Below are positions 30,019 to 43,974 of a stretch of DNA of 64,000 bases, piece by piece; position 1 is the first letter of the stretch; each line of letters begins with the position of its first letter. The stretch comes from Eledone cirrhosa (lineage: Eukaryota). Below the pieces are notes generated by a model, which did not search any database, was not told the origin of the DNA, and worked only from the letters and a program-made list of their open reading frames with translations. The stretch covers positions 19,262 to 83,261 of the forward strand of contig CAXHJY010000106.1 in the NCBI GenBank assembly GCA_964016885.1, written 5' to 3'. Position numbers and translations under genes: made by a program.

Positions 30019-30089
30019 TGTTTTATCTGATGAAAACACAAATATTATTGCATGATGATGCTTGTTTTTGAAATGCGCATAATAAAATA
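30019..30089 (+). ncRNA. type I hammerhead ribozyme motif
   Basis: tgttttat-CTGATGA-aaa..ttt-GAAA-tgcgca-TA-ataaaata, with palindromic stem III ATGCGCAT. Confidence 0.85.
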
Positions 30090-30215
30090 CATGGAACTCC
30101 TTTAACCATCTTTTGATCTTATATATTATGTATACTCCAGTCCTACAAACTGTAGAGTGCTTCTTATCCGATATCTGCATTGCTCTATTGTACTACAATA
30201 AAACTCACCTCCTAC

Positions 30216-30322
<107 letters not shown>

Positions 30323-30324
30323 TA

Positions 30325-30415
30325 TAAAATATATAAAATATTCTGCAGAAAAAACAAAAACAAAGGACCAGATAGTGCAATGTTGTTTGGTGCATCGTAT
30401 TGGACTACAATATAT

Positions 30416-30480
<65 letters not shown>

Positions 30481-30565
30481 ACTCCAATCCAATACACTAA
30501 ACACCCTTGCACTCTTTGGTCCTTTGTTTTTGTTTTTTCTGCAGAATATTTTATATATTTATATA
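30325..30565. repeat. ~85-bp inverted arms enclosing a (CA)/(TA) tract
   Basis: aaaatattctgcagaaaaaacaaaaacaaaggacca / tggtcctttgtttttgttttttctgcagaatatttt. Confidence 0.85.
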
Positions 30566-31026
30566 TTTATTTATGTCTGTAAGTCCAACAAAGGTTTGGC
30601 TAACACCACTCCCCAACTTCCCATTCCATAACATATTACGGGCCGGTCCCCTATCAATTCAGTTCTTCTCAGAATATTTGTCCGATTGGCAAACTTCCAG
30701 ATATTTCATTCTTTATCAATAATTTCTCTTTTATCTCTGCGTGGATCATTAACAAAGAACGATATATGATACATCCAGTGGGTGTGGTGGGTTTGTAATT
30801 ATTCATAGAATGACCCCCTAAGTACACGACCGGGCCATGGCTATGATTATGTGTAAAAATATATCAAAGGTGGAGTCAAACTATATCCGAATTTCCCATG
30901 GCCCTGCGGGGTGTGCTTGGTGGTGGAGTTTGAAATTTGATACTCTATTGTAACGCAATGGTTGAATCTGTTTGTCTCTCTGTCTGTTCTGATATCTCAC
31001 TGAATCTATCCACCCGTTTTGTAATG

Positions 31027-31342
<316 letters not shown>

Positions 31343-31788
31343 CTTTTCTTTTCATATATGTATATATATATGTGTGTGTATGTGTGTGTGTGTAAAAAGT
31401 AAACAGAAATAACCACACAATCGGTACAGTATATGGAAGGAATATATTAGGATATCACTTGAAATAGCAGGAAGAGGGTCTTAACGTTAGTCCTTCATCA
31501 CAGAAAAGAATGAGAAATAAAATGGATTGAAGGGGCGGGCGATGTGGAATTGGTAAATATTTCGTTATAGATATATAAATTAATAATGGTTTCCTTCGAA
31601 TAAAACAGTTCTAGTCCTGCAGAAGGCATTTCTATATTAAATATTGTATATACTTTAGTAATGTATTGAGTACTTTACTCACTGTGGTTACCACTGATTG
31701 AAACCGACACCCCCCCCCCTCCCTATATATATATGTAATAATGAAATGACAGGAGGCTGGATTTGTGTAAATCCTTGAACGGTTTATT

Positions 31789-31845
31789 ATACTATGATCA
31801 TTTCAATGACCGGTTCCGTATGAATCCGGTGATATCATCAGGTAT
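31789..31845 (-). ncRNA. type I hammerhead ribozyme motif
   Basis: atac-CTGATGA-(accgg/ccggt stem)-GAAA-tgatca-TA-gtat, followed by AATAAA. Confidence 0.75.
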
Positions 31846-32149
31846 TCGAAATATAATACGTGAATGTAATAGATAAAATCCATGGGGCTGAGAATCGAGG
31901 ACCCGAGGGCGACCGCTATTCTGTTCCTTCAACCTCAGCCGGTCGCCCTTTGATATAAAAATGGCTTCCACAGAACTGTTTCATTCAAAAGGGCATTCCT
32001 GACTGGAGTTGTGTCAAATAAATAGGATAGATAGTATCAGCAACAGAATATCTAATGGGAACAATATTTCCTCGCTTCGATTTGACGAGTTTCATCCCAT
32101 TCGGAAAGAGAATGAAATCTGGGTATCTTATCGATCGATCGATCCTTCT

Positions 32150-32628
32150 CTTTAAATTCTGAATTCAAGTCCCACCGAGGTTTTAACTTTGCCTTTTATC
32201 CTTACGAGGTCCATAAAATAAAGCACCAGTAACACACTGGAGTGGCTTTAATCGACTTTCCTCTACCCTTCAAATTACTGGCCTTGTGCCAAAAGTAGAA
32301 ACAATTATGAAAGAAGGGTTTGGCAGTATTGGTAGAGCGCTGGACATGATTTGTGGCATAGAGGTATGTCTCTTTACGTTCAAATTCCGCCAAGGTTAGC
32401 TTTGCTTTCCATCCTTGTAAGATCGCTAAAATGAAGCACCAGTCATACACTGGGGTCTATTCAATCGACTTTCAACTCTTCCCCCAAAATTGCGCGCCTT
32501 GTGCTTAAATCAGAAACTATTACTTTAGTTATTGTTAACTTTGCCTTTCATCCTTACGAGGTCAATAAAATAAAGTACCAGTAATGCACTGGGGTAATTG
32601 CTGGCCATGTGCCAAAACAACAAACAAT
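32150..32628 (+). mobile_element. three tandem S1-type SINE copies
   Basis: Repeated actttgc.ttt.atcctt..ag..c.ataaaa and ccttgtgc motifs. Confidence 0.8.
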
Positions 32629-32705
32629 TATTGTTGTTATTGTGATATTGTTTTTGCAAGTCAGGAAGTTAGAAACAGTGTTGGATGTGTGTTTGTGGGT
32701 AAATA

Positions 32706-32740
<35 letters not shown>

Positions 32741-32861
32741 AATAATAATAATTAATAAAGAAACAAATAAATAAGCAAAGCAAGAATATGTCTGCAGACG
32801 TCATTAACAGATAAGGTGTCAAAAGTGCGAACCGGAAACGATTAGGTGATGTCCGTTATTA

Positions 32862-32876
32862 TCGCTAGAGGGCGCC
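32862..32876 (+). promoter_or_regulatory. possible CTCF-like motif
   Basis: tcgctagagggcgcc resembles the CTCF core, in a short unique GC-richer patch. Motif match only. Confidence 0.25.
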
Positions 32877-33107
32877 ATTGTTGCTTGTTCAATTTTTGTT
32901 TTGTTTTTTAAACTACCCTAACTGCAGATGCTGTAGGCATCATAACCTCTGCCGCCACCACCATCACCACCACGCCTGCCACCACCACCACCATCACAAG
33001 ACACACCTTCACAAGTTACCACCACCACCACAAATCACACTACTCACACATATATACATATTCACACACACACACACACACATATATATATAAATATATA
33101 TATATAT

Positions 33108-33342
33108 ATATTTATTAAAATAACAGATTAAAGTTTAAGCAAAGAATCGCTGCTTTCACCCTTAACGGGATCTTCTGAAAGTTTCAGAAGATCCCGTTAA
33201 GGGTGAAAGCAGCGATTCTTTGCTTAAACTTTAATCTGTTATTTTAATAAATATTTGCTCTACGGTTCTTATATATTTGATATATATTTATCCTTATCGA
33301 GCTCTCTTTGGATTTTAGTCTTCAAATTTATTATTATTACTA
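33108..33342. mobile_element. PLE-like family C: perfect palindrome 33108-33254 plus 3' tail
   Basis: ~73-bp arms centred at 33181. Each arm has the hammerhead-like CAGAAGA-t-ccc-gttaa-ggg-t-GAAA-gcagcg. Confidence 0.75.
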
Positions 33343-33379
33343 TATATATATATATATATAGGAACAGAGTCAGGACTCC

Positions 33380-33475
33380 AGTCCTTGATAAGTTCAGCTA
33401 GGTCCCTGCCGTCCTAATATTACTGGTTTAGTTCGGATCTAGCTGTCGAAACGGCCGGAGCTCAGCCGTCGGGGT
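33380..33475 (+). ncRNA. hammerhead motif with a U3-A8 core (family B)
   Basis: TTGATAA, 11-bp stem II cagctaggtcc/ggatctagctg, GAA, stem III ACGGC/GCCGT, cleavage triplet GTC, short stem I tcc/ggg. Confidence 0.65.
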
Positions 33476-33556
33476 CCTGACTCTTTTCCAATATATATAT
33501 ATATATATATATATACGATATTAAATAAATGGAAACTATATTTATAAAACCATATT

Positions 33557-33622
33557 TATTTCATTATATATATTTCAGGGATATCATATTAACAATATGT
33601 TATGCCTTCTTCAGACAAAATA
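33557..33622 (-). ncRNA. type I hammerhead ribozyme motif
   Basis: Mirror of 33776-33841. Confidence 0.8.
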
Positions 33623-33775
33623 CAATATAGACAGTTTTATAGATAAATAGATTTGACATACCGTTCAACATCGACTTGTATTTGAAAAAGTTGATTTGGC
33701 AGATCAACTTTTTCAAATACAAGTCGATGTTGAACGGTATGTCAAATCTATTTATCTATAAAACTGTCTATATTG

Positions 33776-33841
33776 TATTTTGTCTGAAGAAGGCATAACA
33801 TATTGTTAATATGATATCCCTGAAATATATATAATGAAATA
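33776..33841 (+). ncRNA. type I hammerhead ribozyme motif
   Basis: tattttgt-CTGAAGA-agg..catatt/aatatg..cct-GAAA-tatata-TA-atgaaata. Confidence 0.85.
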
Positions 33842-33968
33842 AATATGGTTTTATAAATATAGTTTCCATTTATTTAATATCGTAAATATACTCCAAATAC
33901 TTGTTGAGTGCTTTTATATCAGTTATAAATATTTACTAGTTGTAACCCAACAATTTAAATATAACTTT

Positions 33969-34059
<91 letters not shown>

Positions 34060-34197
34060 AAAACAACAAAGAAACGCCGAAGTGTGTGTACACAGGGGTA
34101 TATATGGTGTACCGAGTGCATATCTACATATTTCCTTAATGATGTACACTTCCTCATCAGCAAAGTTTATGTAAACACTATAACTACGTATTTTATC

Positions 34198-34252
<55 letters not shown>

Positions 34253-34413
34253 ATATGAGAGGTTTGTCTATCTTATAATGCCCAACAGAGAAATCTACCC
34301 CACCTTAGTTCGATGCTTCCAGCGTTGAAATAACCATGTTCTTTAAATCAGGATTGAAGTGAACTTTGATGACATTGTTCACACACGGATCTCTCTTTTT
34401 CTCTCACACACAC

Positions 34414-34520
<107 letters not shown>

Positions 34521-34689
34521 TGTGTGTGTGTGTTGCCTATTTCGTTTCCTTTTAACTTGAATTAGTTGAAAAAGTACGTTCTTTGACTATCTCCATCCCC
34601 TATACATAAATCTCTTTATTTGTTTATTATGGCTCTATATAATGTCTATTGAGAAACACAATATTCTCAACATATTTGTTATGTTTTGG

Positions 34690-34795
34690 TCCCGCCGAGG
34701 TTGACTTTGCCTTTCAACCTTACGGGTTCGATAAAATAAAGTACCAGTAATGCACTGGGTAATTGCTGGCCTTGTGCCAAAAGTAGAAACAATTA
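34690..34795 (+). mobile_element. SINE S1 3' half
   Basis: cccgccgaggttgactttgcc...ggccttgtgccaaaagtagaaacaatta. Confidence 0.85.
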
Positions 34796-34821
34796 TTTGT
34801 ATATATATATATATATATATT

Positions 34822-35024
34822 TAGGAACGAGTAGGACCCCGACGGCTGAGCTCAAGCCGTTTCGACGGCTAATTCTGGTCCAGAATTCAGTCCAGAATTA
34901 GCCGTCGAAACGGCTTGAGCTCAGCCGTCGGGGTCCTACTCGTTCCTATTACCCACTCTGCTACCCTAAGTATTGAGTACTTTGGTGCGTTATGGTCCAC
35001 CTGGTACCTTACCACATTTCCTTC
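34822..35024. mobile_element. PLE-like family B: palindrome 34822-34948 plus tail
   Basis: Perfect ~56-bp arms containing the hammerhead 3' half GAA-ACGGCT..AGCCGT-C. Confidence 0.75.
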
Positions 35025-35084
35025 TATATATATATATATATCACAGAAAAAGAGAATCAGTGTTGCGACGAAAGGAATTTATTG

Positions 35085-35177
35085 GACATATTACAATTGT
35101 TTCTCGGGCGACCAGCTCGAGGCACGATCGATGTGGTGATCAAACCTGACTCTGAAATCGCGCGGTCCTCGGATGTC
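35085..35177 (-). ncRNA. hammerhead motif with a U4C core and extended stem II
   Basis: gacat-CCGAGGA-[~60-nt stem II domain]-GAAA-caattg-TA-atatgtc, then AATAAA. Lies inside the inverted repeat atatcacagaaaaag / ctttttctgtgatat (35038-35224). Confidence 0.6.
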
Positions 35178-35297
35178 TCGATTCTACGAAGCAGATTTTC
35201 CTATACCTACTTTTTCTGTGATATCATACTCTGCTCTACGAGGGCATCGAGTGCTCATACGACCTACGGCATACGGACACATTAAACATCCAATACC

Positions 35298-35337
<40 letters not shown>

Positions 35338-35417
35338 CAAAAGGAAAAACAAACAAACAAACACAGGAGTCAATAGTACATAGTGTTGTTAGCTTCAAGC
35401 TTGGTGAGAGTGGGGGA

Positions 35418-35455
35418 GGCTACGACGTTTCGGAGATAAGTCCTTCATCAGGAAA
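35418..35455 (-). ncRNA. minimal hammerhead core
   Basis: CTGATGA-a-gga-cttatc-tcc-GAAA-cgtcg-TA; stem I is poor. Confidence 0.55.
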
Positions 35456-35588
35456 TTTGGGAGGAACTACGAGAGGGAGTAAAGAGGGGAGTTAATAGGA
35501 AAACATGAAAGGACGGGGAAAATAAAAATAAACATGAAAATCAAAATAAATAAAAACAGAATTAAAAAGAATATAAAAAAAAAACAGA

Positions 35589-35641
<53 letters not shown>

Positions 35642-35669
35642 CTTCATATTATTAAGGCTAAATAGTGAG

Positions 35670-35719
35670 TCTTGTTACTCTGGAGTTTCGCCTGTTCATC
35701 ACAGGGTCAGCAGACAAGA
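35670..35719 (-). ncRNA. hammerhead motif with an A6C core
   Basis: tcttgt-CTGCTGA-c-cctgt-gatga-acagg-c-GAA-ACTC-ca-GAGT-A-acaaga. Degenerate relative at ~6320-6435. Confidence 0.6.
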
Positions 35720-36244
35720 ACTAACATTCAAATAACAGAGACAGCAAAAATTTCAACCATTGAAGTTTCGAAACAAACAAAAAAACATAGACAATATAAA
35801 AATGCCACCGAAAAAAATAATATATATATATAAACAAAAAAAAACAAAAATAAAACAAACTTATAAATAAAAACAAGTTCAACAACAACAGCAACACCAA
35901 GAACAACATTGATAACAAGATAAAGATAATAAGTATACGAGCGAATGAGCAAATATATGAATAGAGGAATAACCGAATGAGTGAATGAGTAAATAAACGC
36001 AACGGTAACTAAATACGTCATTCCACACGAATGATGTAAACAAACGACTTCGCGTCATCAGCGGGGCTTTTTTAAGTCTTTAACGGATAACGCTCTAATA
36101 AGCTCTCTTGAATGTCTGTGTGTCTATGTATACACACACACACACACATATGTATATATATATATATAAATATATGCATACACACACACATATACACACC
36201 TATATATATACATACATATATCGGTACACACACACACATACACA

Positions 36245-36295
<51 letters not shown>

Positions 36296-36453
36296 GAATA
36301 TATCCTTATACATATATACAAATATACACATATCTGTGTATATATACACACAAACATCTATATATATACATACATATATACAAAAATGCATACATCCACA
36401 CATATCTATATATACATACGTATATGGATACGTATATACAAACATGCATACAT

Positions 36454-36517
<64 letters not shown>

Positions 36518-36656
36518 TGCCGGGTTTACCATTGTGCTCGGGTGGGCTTAATAACAGGGCCCATCTTCCTGCCAAAAACTTCTTTTACGATGACATTTTT
36601 CGAATGTTTGGGGCCTTATGGCATAACTAGCACAGGGCCTTATTTTTCCTAATTCC

Positions 36657-36710
<54 letters not shown>

Positions 36711-36715
36711 CATAT

Positions 36716-37040
36716 CTAGGGCGGGTAAAATTCCCGAGATCCATGGACGAGTTCTCTCCAACGGTCTCTGTCACTCATTATCGCTGCCATGTCCTTCGTC
36801 TCCAAGAGCCGAGTGTCTGTCCTTAGGGCATCAACATATGTCAACCTCGGTCTTCTTCTTCCAGTGTGTCCATGAAGGGGATCCCACAGGAGCACTGAGT
36901 GCAGTGTCAACTCTGGATGTCGGTGAGCATGTCCAGCTAACCCCAGTCTCCTCTGTGTCACTTTTTCAGCTGACTTTTGGGAGTGTATACTGATTAATGT
37001 TCAGAGCCATCCTCAGCGTTCTCGTGTATAACTCATCCAA
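36716..37040 (-). mobile_element. RTE-clade LINE 3' remnant (frameshifted)
   Basis: YTRTLRMALNI.. and RRLGLAGHAHRH..LLWDP.HG...RRPRLTYVDAL..D....MSDRDRWR, typical of an RTE C-terminus. Confidence 0.75.
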
Positions 37041-37298
37041 TATCTGTCTGCTGCAGGTCTCCGACATTTCTACGCATTAAAGACTATGTGTTGAAATGTC
37101 AGTGATCTCCAGCAGACAACGGAAGAGAGGACCTGTCCCTTGTTTGTCCTTTCCTTTTATTTATATATATATATATACATATAGATATATATACACACAC
37201 GGGTTGAAAATCCATTCAGTGAAACGCGCGCCATCCAGTATGGTTTGCTAATTTGTTGTGGACCTAAATCTCACTCTGTCCATATATATAATGATAAC

Positions 37299-37334
<36 letters not shown>

Positions 37335-37335
<1 letters not shown>

Positions 37336-37640
37336 CTTTCTTTATTAACCACAAGGGTTTACACAGAGTAGACATTAAGGACAGTACAAGACAATACAAG
37401 ACGGTACAAATGGGCATTTCTGCGTGTAAAAAAAAACAAAAACAGAGGATGTAACAAAAACGAAACAATGAAACATTCCCCAACAGGGGGGAGACTTCCG
37501 AGGGGCATTCGTGGAGAAAGCCCATTAAAAAGCCACGGTGACCCTGACCACCAGGGCAAATGCCCTCTCCCAGTTTTCCACCTTTAATTTACAGACACAT
37601 ACTCAGAGTAGGCCATTCACTCGGGCCATTCTTGCGTCTC
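37335..37640 (-). mobile_element. LINE 3' remnant (probably L1/Tx1) in (TAA)n
   Basis: Ends [14 protein letters not shown], homologous to the peptide at 59946-60095. (TAA)n/(TAC)n on both sides. Confidence 0.55.
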
Positions 37641-37850
37641 TATAATACTACTACTACTACTAATAATAATAATAATAATAACCCCCTCTTCCTTACAAAA
37701 ATACAAGCTATAAAAATAACTCCTCTTCATACCCACTCCACTATCATTAGCACGAAAATGAAAAGGCCAATGATAACACTTCGTAGACATATATATATAT
37801 ATATAAGTATGTATAAATATATATATATAAGTATATAAATATATATATAA

Positions 37851-37895
<45 letters not shown>

Positions 37896-37940
37896 TATAT
37901 ATATATATATATATAAGTATATATATATATATATATATAA

Positions 37941-37991
<51 letters not shown>

Positions 37992-38014
37992 TATATATAT
38001 ATATATATATATAA

Positions 38015-38051
<37 letters not shown>

Positions 38052-38063
38052 TATATATATATA

Positions 38064-38095
<32 letters not shown>

Positions 38096-38096
38096 A

Positions 38097-38131
<35 letters not shown>

Positions 38132-38305
38132 TATATATATATATAATTATATATAAGTATATATATATATATATATATATAATTATATATATATATATAT
38201 ATAATTATATATATGTATATATAATTATATATATATATATATATAATTATATATATGTATATATAATTATATATAATTATATATATATATATAATTATAT
38301 ATAAG

Positions 38306-38337
<32 letters not shown>

Positions 38338-38363
38338 TATATATATATATATATATAATTATA

Positions 38364-38405
<42 letters not shown>

Positions 38406-38419
38406 TATATATATATAAG

Positions 38420-38551
<132 letters not shown>

Positions 38552-38613
38552 TATATATATATATATATATATATAATTATATATATATATATATAAGTAT
38601 ATATATATATATA

Positions 38614-38651
<38 letters not shown>

Positions 38652-38857
38652 TATATATATATATATAAGTATATATATATATATATAATTATATATATAT
38701 ATATATAATTATATATATATATAATTATATATATATATATATATATAATTATATATATATAATTATATATATATATATATATATAATTATATATATATAT
38801 ATATATATATATAATTATATATATATATATATATATATAATTATATATATATATATA

Positions 38858-38959
<102 letters not shown>

Positions 38960-39048
38960 TTGATATACATTTACATACATATATATACATATTCTCACAT
39001 ACCTATACATATACATACACACGCACATATATACATATACACATACAC

Positions 39049-39124
39049 ACAGAGTGTCCCAAAAGAATGTATACATAATTCAACCGCATTCTAAGCAAAG
39101 TGTTGATACCTTTTGGGGACACTA
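39049..39124. mobile_element. short Tc1/mariner-like MITE remnant
   Basis: Inverted ends agtgtcccaaaag / cttttggggacact. Related ends at ~8490-8519 and ~39753-39780. Confidence 0.45.
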
Positions 39125-39269
39125 CATATATATATATAGAGAGAGAGAGACATACATATAAATACATACACACGTATACATACATATATACATATACATA
39201 ACCTGTATATATATATATAAATATATACATATATACATAACCGGTATATATATACATATATACATAACC

Positions 39270-39325
<56 letters not shown>

Positions 39326-39408
39326 GGTTATGTATATATGTATATATTTATATATATATATATATATACATTATATATATATATATATTTATATATACAG
39401 GTTATGTG

Positions 39409-39440
<32 letters not shown>

Positions 39441-39495
39441 CATATATATATACATAACCTGTATATATAAATATATATATATATATATACATGAC

Positions 39496-39544
<49 letters not shown>

Positions 39545-39594
39545 ACCTGTATATATATATATATATATATATATAAATATATAAATATATATAT

Positions 39595-39627
<33 letters not shown>

Positions 39628-39979
39628 AATATATACATAACCTGTATATATAAATATATAAATATAAATATAAATATATAAATATATATATATATAAATA
39701 TATATATAAATATATATATAAATATATATATATATATAAATATATTTATATATAGGGTGTCCCACAAAATTGTATATACCCAACTAAGACACAAAGGTGG
39801 AGCCAATATGTTCTGTCTCCCGCTGTGGTTTCTTGAAACAGAGTTTCTTTCGCTACACCAAGAATTCTTCCAACGTTCCGCTCGGCAATGTTATTTCTAT
39901 AAACAACAGCCTATATAGGCAGACCCCGGCAACCTTTCATTGAGTACCTACCCTACCAGCAAACTGGAAATTGTCTATG

Positions 39980-41090
39980 TGTAGTGGTGGTATGGTATGG
40001 TGGTGGTGGTGGTGGTGGTGGTGGTGGTGGTGGTAAGGTGGTGGTATGGTGGTGGTATGGTGGTGGTATGGTGGTGGTGGTATCGGTGATAGTGGTGATG
40101 GTGGTGGTGGTGGTGGTGGTAAGGTGGTGGTAAGGTGGTGGTGTCGGTGATAGTGGTGGTGGTGGTGTGGTGGTGGTGTCGGTGATAGTGGTGGTAAGGT
40201 GGTGGTGTCGGTGATAGTGGTGGTGGTGGTGGTGGTATTGGTGATAGTGGTGGTGGTGGTGGTGGTATGGTGGTGGTATTGGTGATAGTGGTGGTGGCTG
40301 TGGTGGTGGTAGTATGGTGGTGGTAGTATGGTGGTGGTAGTATGGTGGTGGTAGTATGGTGGTGGTGTCGGTGATAGTGGTGGTGGTGGTGGTGGTGGTG
40401 GTGGTGGTGGTGGTGGTGGTCTCGGTGATAGTGGTGGCGGTGGTGGTGGTATGGTGGTGGTATCGGTGATAGTGGTGGTGCTGGTGGTGGTATGGTGGTG
40501 GTATGGGTGGTGGTGGTGGTATGGTGGTGGTATCGGTGATAATGGTGGTGGTGGTATGGTGGTGGTATGGTGGTGGTATTGGTGATAGTGGTGGTGGTGG
40601 TATGGTGGTGGTATCGGTGATAGTGGTGGTGGTGGTGGTGGTATGGTGGTGGTATCGGGAGATAGTGGTGCTGGTGGTGGTGGTATGGTGGTGGTATTGA
40701 TGATTGTGGTGCTGGTGCTGGTATTGGTGATAGTGGTGCTGGTGGTGTTGGCGGTATGGTTGTAGTGGTGGGGGGGTGTTGTTTGTGCTGGTGGTGTTGG
40801 TGGTACGGTGGTGCTGTTGGTAATGTTAGGGGGGGGTGATAGTGGTGCTGGTGGTGTTGGTGGTACGGTTGGTGTTGCTGGTGTTATGGTGGTGGTGGCG
40901 CGGTATGTAATGGTCATATGGTGTTGGTGTTGGTGGTATGGTGCTGGTGCTGGTTTTAGTGGTGTTGGTGGTGATGATGTTGTTGTTGTGGTGGTGGTGG
41001 TGGAGGTTGTGGTCGGTTTAATGGTGAGAGTTGTGGTGGTGGAGGTTGTGGTCGGTTTAATGGTGAGAGTTGTGGTGCTATAGGTGGTAA
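39980..41090. repeat. (GGT)n-rich degenerate tract
   Basis: ggt runs punctuated by (c/t)ggtgatagt. Confidence 0.9.
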
Positions 41091-41091
41091 C

Positions 41092-41450
41092 CAATAGCAG
41101 AGTCGTTAGAACGTCAGATAGAACGCTTTATGGTATTTGTTCCAGCTCTCTGCTCTCCGAGTTCAAATCCTACTGAGGTCAACTTCCCCTTTCATCATTT
41201 CGAGGTCGATAAAAGAAGTACCAGTCTAATACTGGGGTCGATTCTTCTTCTATATCCCTGTCTTACTTCCATTCTCTCCCTCTGTGTGTGTGTCTCTCTC
41301 TCTCTCAGTCTCTGAAAGAAGTCTTTTGTGTTCAGACTTCGAAAGGCGAACAGCTCCGCCTCGTTTTAAAAAATGCCCTAGACACGCCCTATGCTACTAC
41401 AGCGCCCCCGTACGACTCCATCAGGAGTTATGGGACCATGCGTTCATGCA
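41092..41450 (+). mobile_element. S1-type SINE with the alternative tail
   Basis: gagttcaaatcc...gtaccagtctaatactggggtcgattc, followed by a tail homologous to 22192-22365. Related head at ~45815-45980. Confidence 0.65.
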
Positions 41451-42203
41451 TATCTCTTATGTATCTTACTGACCTAGAAAAAGAAATATGTTTGCGTTAC
41501 GTTACTGAGCCAAGACAAAGCCACGTCAAACGAGAAACTACGTCGTTGCTCGAGCTGCAAGAAATAGCAGCCAAATTTCCTTCAAATCATACACATATTT
41601 ACTTTCTTAGCAAGAAGACGATCACCAACATCAAAGCTCGACCAACGTCACCAACGCTTAATCAACCAGCAATGAAATAGCAGCCAATCTTTCCTCAAAC
41701 GAGACACAGACGTCTGTGCACTCTTATCACCTGAAGAATTCATAGAGTCGAAGTCCACACCTATATTTTCATAAAGATTCCTACACACCGACACGCATAT
41801 ATTTTGATAAGGGCTCATACATACATACATACATACATACATACATACATACAAGTACAATCCATTAATAGAACAGTAAAAAATATGTAAAACATTCCAA
41901 AAATGTTACATCGAATAACTGCATATACACATGTACAGATACAAAACATATGCACATGCACAGATACAACTCAAAACATCCACATCCACACATACAATAA
42001 CATGCATATCTACACATGCATGCATGCATGCATGCATGCATGCATAATCTACCTAGTTGAGGTTGTGTAAATTCCAATGAGAGAGTCTTGTGTCTATGTT
42101 AGAAACCGACTCACTCTCTCTATTGGCAAACATTTGTGAAATTATAAAACCAGAAGAACATAGATATACACACACACATACATACATACATACATACATA
42201 CAT

Positions 42204-42255
<52 letters not shown>

Positions 42256-42317
42256 ACATACATACATATATACATACATACATACATACATACATACATA
42301 CATACATACATACATAC

Positions 42318-42492
42318 ATGATGGCTGCAAATTCGTTTTCGAGCAATGCCATCGCCCGATAAAATGCTAAAAAATGTGAGGCACGAATGTGGCTCTTTAA
42401 ACCAGCCAAAGACTTGGACTCTTTGGCACATACATGGCAACTGTAGGCTCTTCTGGGACTTTCCATTGTGTTGTTCTGGCTGTGTGTTCTCA
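42318..42492 (-). mobile_element. LINE 3' remnant with a C-terminal C2H2 finger and (TATG)n tail (RTE-like)
   Basis: CHVCAKESKSLAGLKSHIRASH. The 3' end ctcgaaaacga.tt.gcagcca.catgtatg is shared with 61297-61435. Confidence 0.65.
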
Positions 42493-42744
42493 TACGTACA
42501 CACGTATATACAAGTAGAGTCTCATATATTTACATAAAGACGCATACACACATGTATGCATATTCACACACACACACCACACACACACATATATATATAT
42601 ATATAGACATATATTTACATAAAGACACCTATATATAAATAAAAACTCGCTATAGTCACACGTAGATACACATATTTACACAGGCACATAGCATTTCCAA
42701 CACTGTCGAGTTGAATAACACAAACCTAGCCCATTGCCATAACA

Positions 42745-43803
42745 TCCACCACCGCCACCACAACTATCACCGCCATTATCTCCCCCTAACCGCCACCCTC
42801 ATCATCACCATCACCATCACCACCACCATCACCACCACCACCACCACCACAACTATCACCGCCATTGTCTCCCCCTAACCGCCACCATCATCATCACCAT
42901 CACCACCACCATCACCACCACAACAACTATCACCGCCATTATATCCCCCTAACCGCCACACTCATCATCACCATCACCATCACCATCACCACCACCACCA
43001 CAACTATCACCGCCATTGTCTCCCCCTAACTGCCACCATCATCATCACCATCACCACCACCACCACCACAATTATCACCGCCATTATATCCCCTTAACCG
43101 CCACACTCATCATCACCATCATCACCACCACAACTATCACCGCCATTATATCCCCCTAACCGCCACCCTCATCATCACCATCACCATCACCATCACCACC
43201 ACCACCACAATTATCACCGCCATTATATCCCCCTAACCGCCACACTCATCATCACCATCATCACCACCACCACCACAACAACTATCACCGCCATTATATC
43301 CCCCTAACCGCCACCATCACCACCACCACCACCACCACCACCACAACTATCACCGCCATTATACCCCCTAACCGCCACCATCATCATCACCATCACCACC
43401 ACCACCAATACGAACAAAACTACCACCAATGCTGCCACTACTGCATTTATCAAAAACAACATTACCACCAATACCAATATTAATATCAACACTACCACCA
43501 CCACAACCACCACTACTTCTACTACTACCACTACCACTACCACTACTACTACTACCACTACTACTACTAGTAAGAGCAATGCGTCGACCACAACTGCCAC
43601 TACCAATAGCAACACCAAGACCGCCACCACTACCATCATTAACACCAACACTACCACCACAACACCACAACCACCACCACTACTACTACTACCACTACTA
43701 TTACTACCAAGAGCATTACAACGACCACAACTGCCACTACCAATACCAACACCAAGACCGCCATTAACACCAACACTACCACCACAACCACCACTACTAC
43801 TAG

Positions 43804-43842
<39 letters not shown>

Positions 43843-43940
43843 CAAGAGCAATACGACGACCACAACTGCCACTACCAACACCGCCACCACTACCGTCATT
43901 AACACCAACACTACCACCACAACCACCACTACTACTAGTG

Positions 43941-43974
<34 letters not shown>

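Larger units (their letters stand above)
33514..33970. mobile_element. PLE-like family A: ~180-bp perfect inverted arms (33514-33884) plus an 86-bp tail
   Basis: Centre aagttgatttggcagatcaactt; (TA)n on both sides; homologous to 60-330 and 48375-48756. Confidence 0.85.

Noticed and set aside
34065-34170. Minus-strand CTGATGA with a gaagtg/cacttc stem
   Set aside because: The stem is followed by GGCG instead of GAAA; at best a rearranged remnant.
36040-36066. Minus-strand CTGATGACGCGAAGTC
   Set aside because: Stem II is too short and there is no GAAA or stem I.
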